From NCBI GenBank assembly GCA_963700155.1, contig OY969472.1, forward strand, positions 872,690 through 936,689: a stretch of DNA of 64,000 nt, in the 5' to 3' direction. The notes below the pieces were generated by a model, which did not search any database, had not been told where the DNA came from, and saw only the letters and a program-made list of their open reading frames with translations. The position numbers and the translations under genes were made by a program. The stretch's first letter is position 1, and every line of letters begins with the position of its first letter. Shown in pieces: positions 19,462-29,266 of this stretch. This stretch comes from an uncultured bacterium. GTDB lineage: Bacteria; Patescibacteriota; Dojkabacteria; J137.

Positions 19462-20046
19462 TTAGCTTTCTTTAGGTAAGGGTTCAATATATTGATCTCT
19501 TTCAATTTGAGCTTTGATTCCATCAAGTAATGCTCTGAATTTACTTAAGATTAAGAATCCTCCACCTATAGTTCCTCTTATTCCAGAAATACCGTTTAAA
19601 GTAGAATACAGAGTTTTTAAATCTTCTAGATTTAATGATCCTTGAGAGTAAAAAAGTTTTAAGGAATTATAATAATTGTTTAAAAAATTTCCTATATCAC
19701 TATCTTCAATAATAAATTCATTGTCTTTCAATGCTTTTTGCATTATCTGTGTAACAGTTCTCCAGGCTTCTTTGGCTTGTTCATCATCTATAAATTTTTT
19801 GAGATCTGCAAGCTTTATTATGATATCAAACGTATCATTGTCATTGTAATCTTCAAGTTTTTCCATTACAGATTTATTTAGTTCTTCATATGAATATGCA
19901 AATTGAAGGATTGAAATTTCACCATTAGCGTAAGAATTTTTTAGAATGAGAATTTCTTCATTTAATGAGGCACGTATCTCATCAAGAATAAGTTTTTTAC
20001 CTCTTCTGTGTTCTAATGAAAAGGCTTTTGAGATTAAATTACTCAT
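19462..20046 (-). CDS. Hypothetical helical protein, ends PKES; paralogue of 13920..14285
   Basis: 194-aa ORF; C-terminal half aligns with 13920..14285. Confidence 0.75.
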   Translation of the reverse strand: MSNLISKAFSLEHRRGKKLILDEIRASLNEEILILKNSYANGEISILQFAYSYEELNKSVMEKLEDYNDNDTFDIIIKLADLKKFIDDEQAKEAWRTVTQIMQKALKDNEFIIEDSDIGNFLNNYYNSLKLFYSQGSLNLEDLKTLYSTLNGISGIRGTIGGGFLILSKFRALLDGIKAQIERDQYIEPLPKES

Positions 20047-20104
20047 ATTTGATTCTAACAGATGTTGTATAAAATAAAAATTTTATAACTTTATACATGT
20101 TAAT

Positions 20105-21118
20105 TTAAAGGACAATATGATCAAGTAATTCTGCCATCCTGTTTGAATATCCCCATTCATTATCGTACCAAGAAATTAGTTTAAAGAACCTTGGATTTAA
20201 CTGAATACTTGCTGTTGCATCATAAATGCTAGATAAAGGATTATGTACGAAATCTGTTGATACGACTGGATCTTCTGTATAACCAAGAATATCCTTAAGA
20301 TAAGTTTCTGAAGCTTTTTTCATTAAAGAATTTATCTCTTCAAGACTTGTATCCCTTGCTGCTCTAAATGTCAAATCTAGCATTGAACTATCAATCACAG
20401 GAATTCTAATTGACATACCAGTGAGTTTCCCATTAACTTCAGGAATTATTCTTCCAATAGATTTTGCAGCTCCAGTACTTTCAGGAATAATATTCGCTGC
20501 TGCAGCTCTTCCACCTCTTAAATCTTTTTTTGAAGGTCCGTCCTGCAAACTTTGACTGGCTGTATAAGCATGAGCGGTTAGCATTAATCCTTCTTCTATT
20601 CCAATGCCTTCTTTTATTAAAACATGAACTATTGGAGCAATACAGTTTGTAGTACAACTTGCGTTTGAAATAATTTCTTCGTTATTATATTTGTCATGAT
20701 TAACACCCATTAAATACATTGGAGTTGCCTCATCACTTGGTGCAGAAATGATCACTTTTTTAGCCCCAGCTTTAATATGTCCAGAGGCAGCTTCATTTTT
20801 AGTAAACATTCCTGTTGATTCAATCACTACATCGATATTGTTATCTCTCCATGGCAATTCTTCTGGAGTAACCTTCATTGCGAGTGTCTTGAGTGTATAA
20901 TTACCAACTTGGATTGTAGTATCATCAATTGCTTTGACATCATAAGGTAAAGTTCTATGAACAGAATCGTATTTAAGAAGATAAGCTAATCCATCGGCTG
21001 GTACAAGATCATTGACTAATACAACTTCAACTTTTCCTTCAAGCATATTCCTTTCTAAAAGTGCTCTATAAACTAATCTGCCAATTCTGCCGAAACCATT
21101 GATTGCAACTCTTGTCAT
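20105..21118 (-). CDS. gap: Type I glyceraldehyde-3-phosphate dehydrogenase
   Basis: INGFGRIGR, ASCTTNC, STGAAK, WYDNEWGY. Confidence 0.97.
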   Translation of the reverse strand: MTRVAINGFGRIGRLVYRALLERNMLEGKVEVVLVNDLVPADGLAYLLKYDSVHRTLPYDVKAIDDTTIQVGNYTLKTLAMKVTPEELPWRDNNIDVVIESTGMFTKNEAASGHIKAGAKKVIISAPSDEATPMYLMGVNHDKYNNEEIISNASCTTNCIAPIVHVLIKEGIGIEEGLMLTAHAYTASQSLQDGPSKKDLRGGRAAAANIIPESTGAAKSIGRIIPEVNGKLTGMSIRIPVIDSSMLDLTFRAARDTSLEEINSLMKKASETYLKDILGYTEDPVVSTDFVHNPLSSIYDATASIQLNPRFFKLISWYDNEWGYSNRMAELLDHIVL

Positions 21119-21151
21119 ATTAAAATTTCTAATAAGTAAGGTTTATATTTG

Positions 21152-21180
21152 ATTCTAATTGTGATTGTTAAACAGGTCAA
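21152..21180 (-). promoter_or_regulatory. sigma70-type promoter of gap
   Basis: TTGACC-17 nt-TAGAAT. Confidence 0.6.
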
Positions 21181-21250
21181 GTTAAATTAATTTGTAAATT
21201 TTGATTTGATTAAATATAATCAGCACAATTATTTAATTTTAATATTCTAT

Positions 21251-21772
21251 ATGAATAAAAAAACTAATGATGTAAATGGAATTTCAAATGAGTTTAAAGA
21301 TTTCTTTAAAGGTCCGATGGGTGCTTTAACAACTCTAATGGCTGTCTTAATAATTTCAGGATTATTATCAAAAGCAGATGATATGAGTAAAAAATTTATT
21401 TTGGATACTCCGGATGGTAATAAACAGGAGATGACAATTGATGAATTATCTTTGATGATGGGCAGAGGACCTGAAGCTTTAAGTTCTACTTTTCTTGCAT
21501 TAGCTTTGAAAAACTCTCAAGCAATTGACTTATCAAAGGATACTTACATATTATATTTTTTAAGAAATCATCCAAATAGTGTTGCAGTTGATATGCTTGG
21601 ATTTATAGAATCTGATCCAGTTGATGGCAAAACAGAATTTAGTTTTTACCTTCCTGAAGAAAGTGGTTATGTTAAAGTTGATACAGAAAAGTTTAATTCA
21701 GCGGTGATTCCACAAATTAGCCCTGATTTAGAATTAGAACTTATAAAAGAAGAAGCGACTCCTGAATCATAA
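21251..21772 (+). CDS. Hypothetical protein with one hydrophobic helix, ends TPES
   Basis: ATG at 21251 preferred over TTG at 21206. Confidence 0.7.
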   Translation: MNKKTNDVNGISNEFKDFFKGPMGALTTLMAVLIISGLLSKADDMSKKFILDTPDGNKQEMTIDELSLMMGRGPEALSSTFLALALKNSQAIDLSKDTYILYFLRNHPNSVAVDMLGFIESDPVDGKTEFSFYLPEESGYVKVDTEKFNSAVIPQISPDLELELIKEEATPES

Positions 21773-21779
21773 ATTATTT

Positions 21780-23177
21780 CTATATTTTTATAACTTCAAA
21801 GATATTTGGGAAATATTCATCACCACCAAATGGAGTTTTGCAAATTAATAATACACTTTCTCCTTTTGATACAATTTCTTTTTCCAAAGCAAATTTTCTA
21901 AGTTCATTTATTGCAATATCTCTATCTTTTACAACTTTATCTAAAACAAAAGTTCGATTAATCCCATTACTTAAAAGCATCCTTCTAGAATAAAAATCTT
22001 TACTTGTGAAAATATAGATTGGCTGTTTTATTCTATGTCTTCCCAAGAGTCTTGCAGTTCTTCCAGTTAATGAAACTACAATAACTTTTTTAATCTCGCT
22101 GTCCATTTCAATACATAATTGAGCCGCAGCTTTTGAGATTGAATCAGTTCCGATATATCCTTCTGCCCTGTCTGGAATTATCCTAGGCCTTAGATGCGGC
22201 TCAATTGCAGCTGCTATTTTTGAAATTTCTTGCACTGCTTCGACAGGATATTGCCCCGCAGAGCTTTCTCCTGAAAGCATCACAGCATCTGACCCTAACA
22301 TTATTGCTGTTGCAACATCATTAACCTCTGCTCTTGTTGGTCTTGGATTGTTAGTCATTGATTCAAGCATTTGGGTGGCTGTGATTACAGGTTTACCAAG
22401 TGCATTACATTTTTCAATTAACATCCTTTGTACCATTGGTACATTTTCTAAGCCTAACTCTACTCCGAGACCTCCTCTGGCAATCATTACACCTTCAACC
22501 TCTTCAAGAATTTCATCTATGTTATTCACTCCATTTGCATCTTCAATTTTTGCAATCAACTTCATATGACTGCCTTTTAAATATTCTTTTACTTCTTTGG
22601 CAGCTTGAGCAGATTGAATAAATGAGGCTGAAACAAAATCCCACCCCAAGTCTATTGAATGTTTAAGATTTGCTATATCTTTTTCAGTAAGAGATGAAGT
22701 TGCAAAGTCTGCGCCAGGAAAATTTAAAGCCTTACCTGGCTTTAAATTTTCCCCATAAAGAACTTCACAAATCATTTTATCTCCTTGAATCTCTTGTAAT
22801 GTTAGTTCAACATCTCCATCTCCAACAACTACTCTTTGACCAGGTTTTATTTGTTGATATAAATCTTTATAGTTTGCTGGATAAATTTCTGAATTTTCAT
22901 CATTTCCAATAATAATTTCATCTCCAGGTTTTATTCTTTTAACTTCAGAAAATTTGTTCATCCTAACTTCTGGTCCTTTTACATCCATCATCAATGCAAC
23001 TTCATCACTAACATCTCTAACAAGTTTTGTAACTTTGTCTAATTCTGCTTCATCAGCAAAAGCTCCATTTACTCTAGCAACATTCATTCCCGCATCGATC
23101 ATTTTTCTCATAACTTCAGGATCCCATGAAGAAGGCCCGATTGTACAAACTAATTTTGTTTTCTTTTCATAATTCAT
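21780..23177 (-). CDS. pyk: Pyruvate kinase
   Basis: KTKLVCTIGP, KGPEVR, IAKIE, MIARG, ATQMLESM, PTRAE, DAVMLSGE. Confidence 0.96.
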   Translation of the reverse strand: MNYEKKTKLVCTIGPSSWDPEVMRKMIDAGMNVARVNGAFADEAELDKVTKLVRDVSDEVALMMDVKGPEVRMNKFSEVKRIKPGDEIIIGNDENSEIYPANYKDLYQQIKPGQRVVVGDGDVELTLQEIQGDKMICEVLYGENLKPGKALNFPGADFATSSLTEKDIANLKHSIDLGWDFVSASFIQSAQAAKEVKEYLKGSHMKLIAKIEDANGVNNIDEILEEVEGVMIARGGLGVELGLENVPMVQRMLIEKCNALGKPVITATQMLESMTNNPRPTRAEVNDVATAIMLGSDAVMLSGESSAGQYPVEAVQEISKIAAAIEPHLRPRIIPDRAEGYIGTDSISKAAAQLCIEMDSEIKKVIVVSLTGRTARLLGRHRIKQPIYIFTSKDFYSRRMLLSNGINRTFVLDKVVKDRDIAINELRKFALEKEIVSKGESVLLICKTPFGGDEYFPNIFEVIKI

Positions 23178-23290
23178 TGTTTCAAAATTTATAACTATAA
23201 CTAAAAAAATTGTATCACTATTAGGTATTCATATCTATTAGTTAAATTGTTGCCATGATATAATAACGAACGTTTTTAAAATATAAAAAT

Positions 23291-23875
23291 ATGAACAGAA
23301 TAATAAGCTTTGAACAAGAAAGTAATGATAAAACATTAGAAATAAATGACTCTCCAGAAGCTGATAGATTGTCGGTAGATACTAAAATAAGCACCCAGTT
23401 AAAATTTGATGACGACTGGAGAAATATTTTGAGTTCTGCTGAGAGAAATGTATTTCCTGAGGATATGGATTCTGAACCACATGATCTAATAAAAAGAAAG
23501 AAATTGATTGAAATTAGTGAATTTCAGAAAAGGACATTAAGATACAGAAAATTATTATTGGAGTACATAAATCTTGATGAAAATTGTAAGAAGTTTATTA
23601 AAATATATTTTAATAAGTTAAAGCAAAATTTTAAGGACCAAGGCCAAGACGTCGAACTAGTTATAGGAGATTTTGCCGAGTTACTTGTTAAAGCTTATGA
23701 GGTTCGCATAGGATTAAAACCATATGATGTTGAATTTATCGAAAAACTTGTAATTGAACTTGTTGATTATATTGGTTTTAAGCTAATTTGGGAACAAGCT
23801 CAAATTGACCAGCTTCATGCAATTATAAGTTTCTGTATTTATCAAGTACTTTCAGATCACTATATAACTGAATAA
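23291..23875 (+). CDS. Hypothetical acidic helical protein
   Basis: 194-aa ORF; TGaTATAAT upstream. Confidence 0.7.
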   Translation: MNRIISFEQESNDKTLEINDSPEADRLSVDTKISTQLKFDDDWRNILSSAERNVFPEDMDSEPHDLIKRKKLIEISEFQKRTLRYRKLLLEYINLDENCKKFIKIYFNKLKQNFKDQGQDVELVIGDFAELLVKAYEVRIGLKPYDVEFIEKLVIELVDYIGFKLIWEQAQIDQLHAIISFCIYQVLSDHYITE

Positions 23876-23944
23876 TTCTTCAAGAAATTCTATACTTCAA
23901 AATTTGATATCATAATTTATAAATAATTTTTATAACATCTCCTT

Positions 23945-25288
23945 ATGTTGAAAATTGATTTTAGTAATATGTTTTCCACGAGACTTCAAGATGGTTTGAA
24001 AACAGAAGATCTCGAAACACTCTCAGTAAGAATGAATGAATTTAAAGCTCAGTTTAACAATGAGAAAGGAAGTTTCGGTTTCACAAAATTACCAAGTTCT
24101 TTTAAGACTTTAAAGAGCGATTTAGATAAATCTAACCAATGGGCTGAAAATATGCGTGATATTGTTGTAGTCGGAATTGGAGGTTCAGATCTAGGAGCAA
24201 GAGCAATTTACAGTGCTTTAAAATTTAAATCAGATAAATTGCGAAATTTATATTTTATGGGGGATACTACTGATCCTGATGCAATTTCAGAAGCCGTCTC
24301 TCAGATAGATTTATCTAAATCGCTCTTCTTAATAATTTCAAAATCCGGAAATACAATTGAGCAGGCAAGCAATTTTGTATATTTAAGAGATTTAGTAATT
24401 CAAAAATTAGGAAAAGGTGAAGAATTAAATCATTTCATTTTTTTAACTGATGAAAAATCTGGAACTTTAAGAGAAATAGCTAATAATGATGGATATAAAA
24501 CAATTTCTGTACCTTCAGATGTAGGTGGAAGATACTCTGTTCTATCAAGTGTAGGAATGGTTCCATCATATTTGGTTAGGTTAAATGTTGAAGATTTTTT
24601 AAAAGGAGCTTCAGATTTGGATATGCAGAATTCTGCCATGAAATATAATGAAGATTTAGCTTTGAAATATGCTGCGTTACAATTTTTATATTATAAATCT
24701 GGAAAGAATATTTCAGTTTTGATGCCATATAGATATTCACTATATGAATTTGCAAAATGGTTTAGACAATTATGGGCCGAGAGCTTGGGGAAACGGCTTA
24801 ATAATAAAGGTAATGAAGTTTTCGAAGGTATTACTCCAGTGGCTGCTCTCGGCCCAACTGATCAACATTCTCAGCTCCAGCTATATAATGAAGGTCCAAA
24901 TGATAAGGTTATAACCATTCTTGGAGTGCAAAATTCTAATAATGACATAGATCTACCTAATAATTTTTCTCATATAGAACAATATGAATTTTTAAAGGGA
25001 AAAAAGTTTAGTGAGATTTTAAAAACTGAAATGCAAGCAACATCTTATATTCTTACTAAAAATAGTAGACCAAATTGCACAATTACAATTGATAAACTTG
25101 ATGAATATCATTTAGGTCAATTATTTTATTTTTATGAGGTCTCATGCGTCTATTTAGGTTATTTTCTTGAAATAAATCCGTTTGATCAGCCTGGGGTTGA
25201 ACTCCAAAAAGATACAGTATATGGAATTCTTGGGGAAAAAGGATATGTAAAAGAGAAACAAGATTTTGATAATTTTATAAAATCATGA
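23945..25288 (+). CDS. pgi: Glucose-6-phosphate isomerase
   Basis: GIGGSDLG, SKSGNT, VGGRYSVLS, QLWAESLGK, DQHSQLQ, NPFDQPGVE. Confidence 0.96.
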   Translation: MLKIDFSNMFSTRLQDGLKTEDLETLSVRMNEFKAQFNNEKGSFGFTKLPSSFKTLKSDLDKSNQWAENMRDIVVVGIGGSDLGARAIYSALKFKSDKLRNLYFMGDTTDPDAISEAVSQIDLSKSLFLIISKSGNTIEQASNFVYLRDLVIQKLGKGEELNHFIFLTDEKSGTLREIANNDGYKTISVPSDVGGRYSVLSSVGMVPSYLVRLNVEDFLKGASDLDMQNSAMKYNEDLALKYAALQFLYYKSGKNISVLMPYRYSLYEFAKWFRQLWAESLGKRLNNKGNEVFEGITPVAALGPTDQHSQLQLYNEGPNDKVITILGVQNSNNDIDLPNNFSHIEQYEFLKGKKFSEILKTEMQATSYILTKNSRPNCTITIDKLDEYHLGQLFYFYEVSCVYLGYFLEINPFDQPGVELQKDTVYGILGEKGYVKEKQDFDNFIKS

Positions 25289-25346
25289 TTTGCTAAATCT
25301 TTGTATATTTTGTTAACATTTACGGTTAACTTTTTAGCTAATGTAA

Positions 25347-25670
25347 ATGGATAATTTATATAATCGAGAAGGAAATAATCATAGTGTTAAGAAAGATATT
25401 TTAAACACAATATTTACACATTTTAGAGTTGATTTTTCATACTATAACTTTGATTTAAGCAATTTGGAATTAAGAAATGTGATTATGGAAGTAATAAACG
25501 AAGCTTTTAAAGATTGTAGGAGTAAAGAAATTTTAATGGAATGTCTAATAAATAAATTAGAAAGAAAATTTCCCGGACTATTTGTATCTGAAGAAAGTAA
25601 AAATGCTTTAAGAAATTGGATAGGTGTTTATTTACCAGATTTTAAACAAGATAAAACTTTGGAAGGATAA
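25347..25670 (+). CDS. Hypothetical protein, ends TLEG
   Basis: 107-aa ORF. Confidence 0.6.
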   Translation: MDNLYNREGNNHSVKKDILNTIFTHFRVDFSYYNFDLSNLELRNVIMEVINEAFKDCRSKEILMECLINKLERKFPGLFVSEESKNALRNWIGVYLPDFKQDKTLEG

Positions 25671-25777
25671 ATAATCAGTTGTACTTACATTTTCCCCTAA
25701 AACTACTATAAATCGTACAATTTTTTTTTGCAGTTTATGTCCTATAGGTTATAATTACGAGTTGTAAATTAATTTAT

Positions 25778-26953
25778 ATGGCAGTTAATCAACAATCAAA
25801 ACAAGATAAATTAGAAAGAAAAGATCCTAACCAATTGTTAGAGGATTTTAAATTGCATATTTTAGAACTGTTGAACTCAAGTGATGTTGATAGTGCAGCT
25901 TTAGAATTAAATGAAATCATTGTGAATGTTTATAAATCTCTATATCAAACTCAGATGTATACAACTACACTTTCTTCAGGATTACTTAAAAAAGGAAGTA
26001 TAGAAGATTATAAAAGGAAGAAACAGGCTGCAGTCAATTTAATATTAAATTTATTACTTAGTTTTAAAGAAGCCTCCTTTTTTGATGAAATGTTGAATAA
26101 GATAATCCTAACAGGTAATGGCGCTCTTGAAAGCTTGATAGCTCTTTTACCAAATAGCAATACAGAAAAAATGCAGATTTTATACATAATTTCTAGATAT
26201 TCTAAGTCCGAAAATTTTAATTTAGAATTTCAAAAATGTCTTGTAAGTTTTTTTGCAGAAAAGTTAATTAGTGAATGTCCAAATCCCCTAACATTTTTTG
26301 ATGTTATAAAAAATAAGACATATTTTAGTAATATACTTGACCGACAAAATCAAACATACGAAGCTTTTGATGAGATGTTAAGTAATATAAATCTGCTAGA
26401 TGTTAATATTATAAATAATTTACACACAAAATTAAGTGAATTAGTTACAGAAATTATGAAGAATAAACAAATATTTAAAGAAAGCATTCAAAATAGAGGA
26501 ATTTTATTTATACAAGATATTAATGAGTTTTTATATTTATTGTCTCAAAATATTAAATTAGATGATATAGATGGATGGGGTGAGTTTTTAGAGCTAATTA
26601 GAGAAGCTGATTTCGAAAAAAGAAATGATGCAAAACTAGATGCCAATGGGAAGCTTTCTAAATTACTTGCTAATTCTGGATTTCAAATTGATTTATTTAA
26701 TCTGAAATTCGATCAAGAGTCTTATGATTCATTAAAACGAATGTTTAAACAAGCAGTTATGAAGAAACATCCTGATAGAATTTTGGCTAATGTAAGATTT
26801 ATAAATGGCAAAACTGAGCAAGGAATAAAGCAAGAAGATTTAAAAGCTTATATTACTTCAGATTTTCAGTCATTTAGTTCTGCTTTTGATGAAATTGAAA
26901 TATTTTTCAAAGGAATGTCACAGCCTGATAGACATTTCTTAGCAGAATCCTAA
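25778..26953 (+). CDS. Orphan helical protein with a C-terminal J-domain, ends LAES
   Basis: LKRMFKQAVMKKHPDR...FQSFSSAFDEI matches helix II-HPD-helix III of J-domains. Confidence 0.72.
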   Translation: MAVNQQSKQDKLERKDPNQLLEDFKLHILELLNSSDVDSAALELNEIIVNVYKSLYQTQMYTTTLSSGLLKKGSIEDYKRKKQAAVNLILNLLLSFKEASFFDEMLNKIILTGNGALESLIALLPNSNTEKMQILYIISRYSKSENFNLEFQKCLVSFFAEKLISECPNPLTFFDVIKNKTYFSNILDRQNQTYEAFDEMLSNINLLDVNIINNLHTKLSELVTEIMKNKQIFKESIQNRGILFIQDINEFLYLLSQNIKLDDIDGWGEFLELIREADFEKRNDAKLDANGKLSKLLANSGFQIDLFNLKFDQESYDSLKRMFKQAVMKKHPDRILANVRFINGKTEQGIKQEDLKAYITSDFQSFSSAFDEIEIFFKGMSQPDRHFLAES

Positions 26954-28197
26954 CCTAAATCTTCTTCAATTCTTAAAAGTTCATTATATTTTGCAGTTCT
27001 TTCTCCTCTGCTTGGAGCACCTGTCTTAATTTGTCCACATCCTGTTCCAACAACTAAATGAGAGATTGTAACATCTTCAGTTTCTCCACTTCTGTGAGAA
27101 ACAATATTGTTCCATCCTGCATCTTGCGACATCTTCATTGCATCCAAAGTCTCAGACAAAGTCCCAATTTGATTTACCTTTACAAGCAAAGCATTACACG
27201 CTTTCTCATCAATACCTTTTTGAATCCTCTCGGTATTAGTTACAAGTAAATCATCTCCAATGATTTGAATCTTGTCACCTAACTTGGAGGTGAAATTTGT
27301 CCAATCATTCCATTCATCTTGACCATAAGGATCTTCAATACTAATCAAAGGATATTTATTAATCCAAGAATTTAATATTTCCATCCACTCTTCGGGATTA
27401 TATTCTTTATTTTCAGTTTTTAATTTATAAACATTTTTATCAGAATCATAGAATTCATCAGCTGCAGCATCAATACCAAAGAACACATCTTCCCCTGCCT
27501 TGTAACCAGCCTTATCAATTGCAGAAAGAATAGTGTCGAAAGCTTCTGTATTATTTTTGAAACCAGGAGCAAACCCTCCCTCATTACCGACGTTTGTTGA
27601 AAGTCCTTTGTCTTTTAATATCTGTTCTAAAGTTAAAAATATTTCACAAGCTGCCCTTAATTGTTCGTGATATTGTTTATTTTTTATTATGACTTGGAAC
27701 TCTTGAACATCTGTTGCCCAATTCGCATGTTTTCCACCATTCATTATATTAAATAAAACCCTAGGAAGTTTCATTTCTGAATTCCCATATAAATTATTAA
27801 TATATTTATACAAAGGAAGCTTTTGAGATGCAGCTACTGCATGCGCGAATGCCAATGAAATTCCTAAGATGGCATTCGCGCCAAGCTTAGATTTATTTTC
27901 TGTCCCATCGACATTGATAAGAAAATGGTCAAGATCATTTTGTGTTTTAAAATCCTGCCAAGACAATTCTTCTCTTAAAGATAAAACATTTTCTACAGCC
28001 TTGTGAACTGATTTGCCTAGAAAATCACTCTTGTCTCCATCTCTAAGCTCTAAAGCTTCATGAACTCCAGTTGACGCGCCACTTGGGACCGCTGCTCGTC
28101 CAAAACTTCCATCATCCAATGTTATATCAACTTCAACTGTTGGAGTGGCGCGTGAATCTATAATCTGTCTTGCTTTTATATCTTTAATTTTTGCCAT
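26950..28197 (-). CDS. eno: Enolase
   Basis: VPSGASTG, EALELRD, LGANAIL, EGGFAP, KVNQIG, SHRSGETED, QIKTG, AKYN. Confidence 0.97.
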   Translation of the reverse strand: MAKIKDIKARQIIDSRATPTVEVDITLDDGSFGRAAVPSGASTGVHEALELRDGDKSDFLGKSVHKAVENVLSLREELSWQDFKTQNDLDHFLINVDGTENKSKLGANAILGISLAFAHAVAASQKLPLYKYINNLYGNSEMKLPRVLFNIMNGGKHANWATDVQEFQVIIKNKQYHEQLRAACEIFLTLEQILKDKGLSTNVGNEGGFAPGFKNNTEAFDTILSAIDKAGYKAGEDVFFGIDAAADEFYDSDKNVYKLKTENKEYNPEEWMEILNSWINKYPLISIEDPYGQDEWNDWTNFTSKLGDKIQIIGDDLLVTNTERIQKGIDEKACNALLVKVNQIGTLSETLDAMKMSQDAGWNNIVSHRSGETEDVTISHLVVGTGCGQIKTGAPSRGERTAKYNELLRIEEDLG

Positions 28198-28221
28198 TTA
28201 TTTTTTGTAAAATATTAGATA

Positions 28222-28557
28222 CTATGCTTCTTTTAGTAAATTTTTTTCTGTTTCATCTTCTTTTATTAATCTATAAACTTCTTGTATAAAAGTCAAAGGA
28301 TTATTATGATTTCTAAATATATATTTAACCTCATCATTACTCATATTAGAAATTCTATTTTGAATTAATTCTACTTGCTCTAAATTATATCCTAGCATAG
28401 ATATAACTTTTTTAAAGTTACTTTCAACTTCTGCTTTAATTTTAGGAACATTATCATATAATGGTATTACTTTTTTACCGTGATCTAGTGTTAAGAATGC
28501 TAACGAACCTGTATTCAAACCTGTCCCAGTGTAGAAATTTCCATAAGCCTCGCTCAT
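28222..28557 (-). CDS. Hypothetical protein, ends LKEA
   Basis: 111-aa ORF upstream of eno. Confidence 0.6.
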   Translation of the reverse strand: MSEAYGNFYTGTGLNTGSLAFLTLDHGKKVIPLYDNVPKIKAEVESNFKKVISMLGYNLEQVELIQNRISNMSNDEVKYIFRNHNNPLTFIQEVYRLIKEDETEKNLLKEA

Positions 28558-28625
28558 ATTTATTATTTAAAAATTAATTGTCAAGATATATAATAACTCA
28601 AAATTAATTTTTATATCCAGCAAAA

Positions 28626-29072
28626 ATGAAGGAATTTGTATCGAAGATAATGAAGTTTGTGAAAAAGAATTATATGATAATTGTTTTCCTAATTTCTGGT
28701 GCTGGTTTCTTTGGAAGTATGTTTTATAGTAACGTTTTAGATTTAAGCCCATGCGTACTTTGCTGGTATCAAAGAATTTTATGTTATCCAATATTTTTCC
28801 TTTCAGCTGCTTCAATTGCTTTAAAGGAGAAGCTTTCTCCAAGGTTTATATTAACTTTGGCAATACCTGGTTTAATAATTGCAGGATATCATTTTGGGAT
28901 TCAAAAGTTAGGATTCGAAGCAGACTTAGTTACTTGTATAGCAGGGAATCCATGTGCATCGGTAGACATTGAATATCTTGGATTTATAACAATTCCATTA
29001 ATGTCTTTTGCTGCATTCCTAGTAATTACTATTGCAAGTTACATTAAATTAAGAAAAACTCAGGAAGATTAA
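28626..29072 (+). CDS. dsbB: Disulfide bond formation protein (DsbB/BdbC type)
   Basis: PCVLCWYQR, second Cys pair CIAGNPC, GFITIP, 4 TM. Confidence 0.9.
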   Translation: MKEFVSKIMKFVKKNYMIIVFLISGAGFFGSMFYSNVLDLSPCVLCWYQRILCYPIFFLSAASIALKEKLSPRFILTLAIPGLIIAGYHFGIQKLGFEADLVTCIAGNPCASVDIEYLGFITIPLMSFAAFLVITIASYIKLRKTQED

Positions 29073-29074
29073 AT

Positions 29075-29148
29075 TACGCCTGGAGGGACTCGAACCCCCA
29101 ACACCTTGTTCCGAAGACAAGTGCTCTATCCAATTGAGCTACAGGCGC
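29075..29148 (-). tRNA. tRNA-Arg, anticodon UCG, CCA not encoded
   Basis: GCGCCTG TAGCTCAATTGGATAGAGC A CTTGT-CTTCGGA-ACAAG GTGTT GGGGG-TTCGAGT-CCCTC CAGGCGT A folds as a canonical cloverleaf. Confidence 0.95.
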
Positions 29149-29266
29149 ATTTGCTATAAAAGAATTATACAACACCTTAGTATTTATAAAAACTTAATAT
29201 GCTTTTCCTAGATATATTTAAGTACATCCATTAGAATAGATTTATCTTAAGTAATAATTTAATTCT

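Noticed and set aside
29075-29148. tRNA as an integration site for an island
   Set aside because: No duplicated tRNA 3' end or integrase noticed in the window
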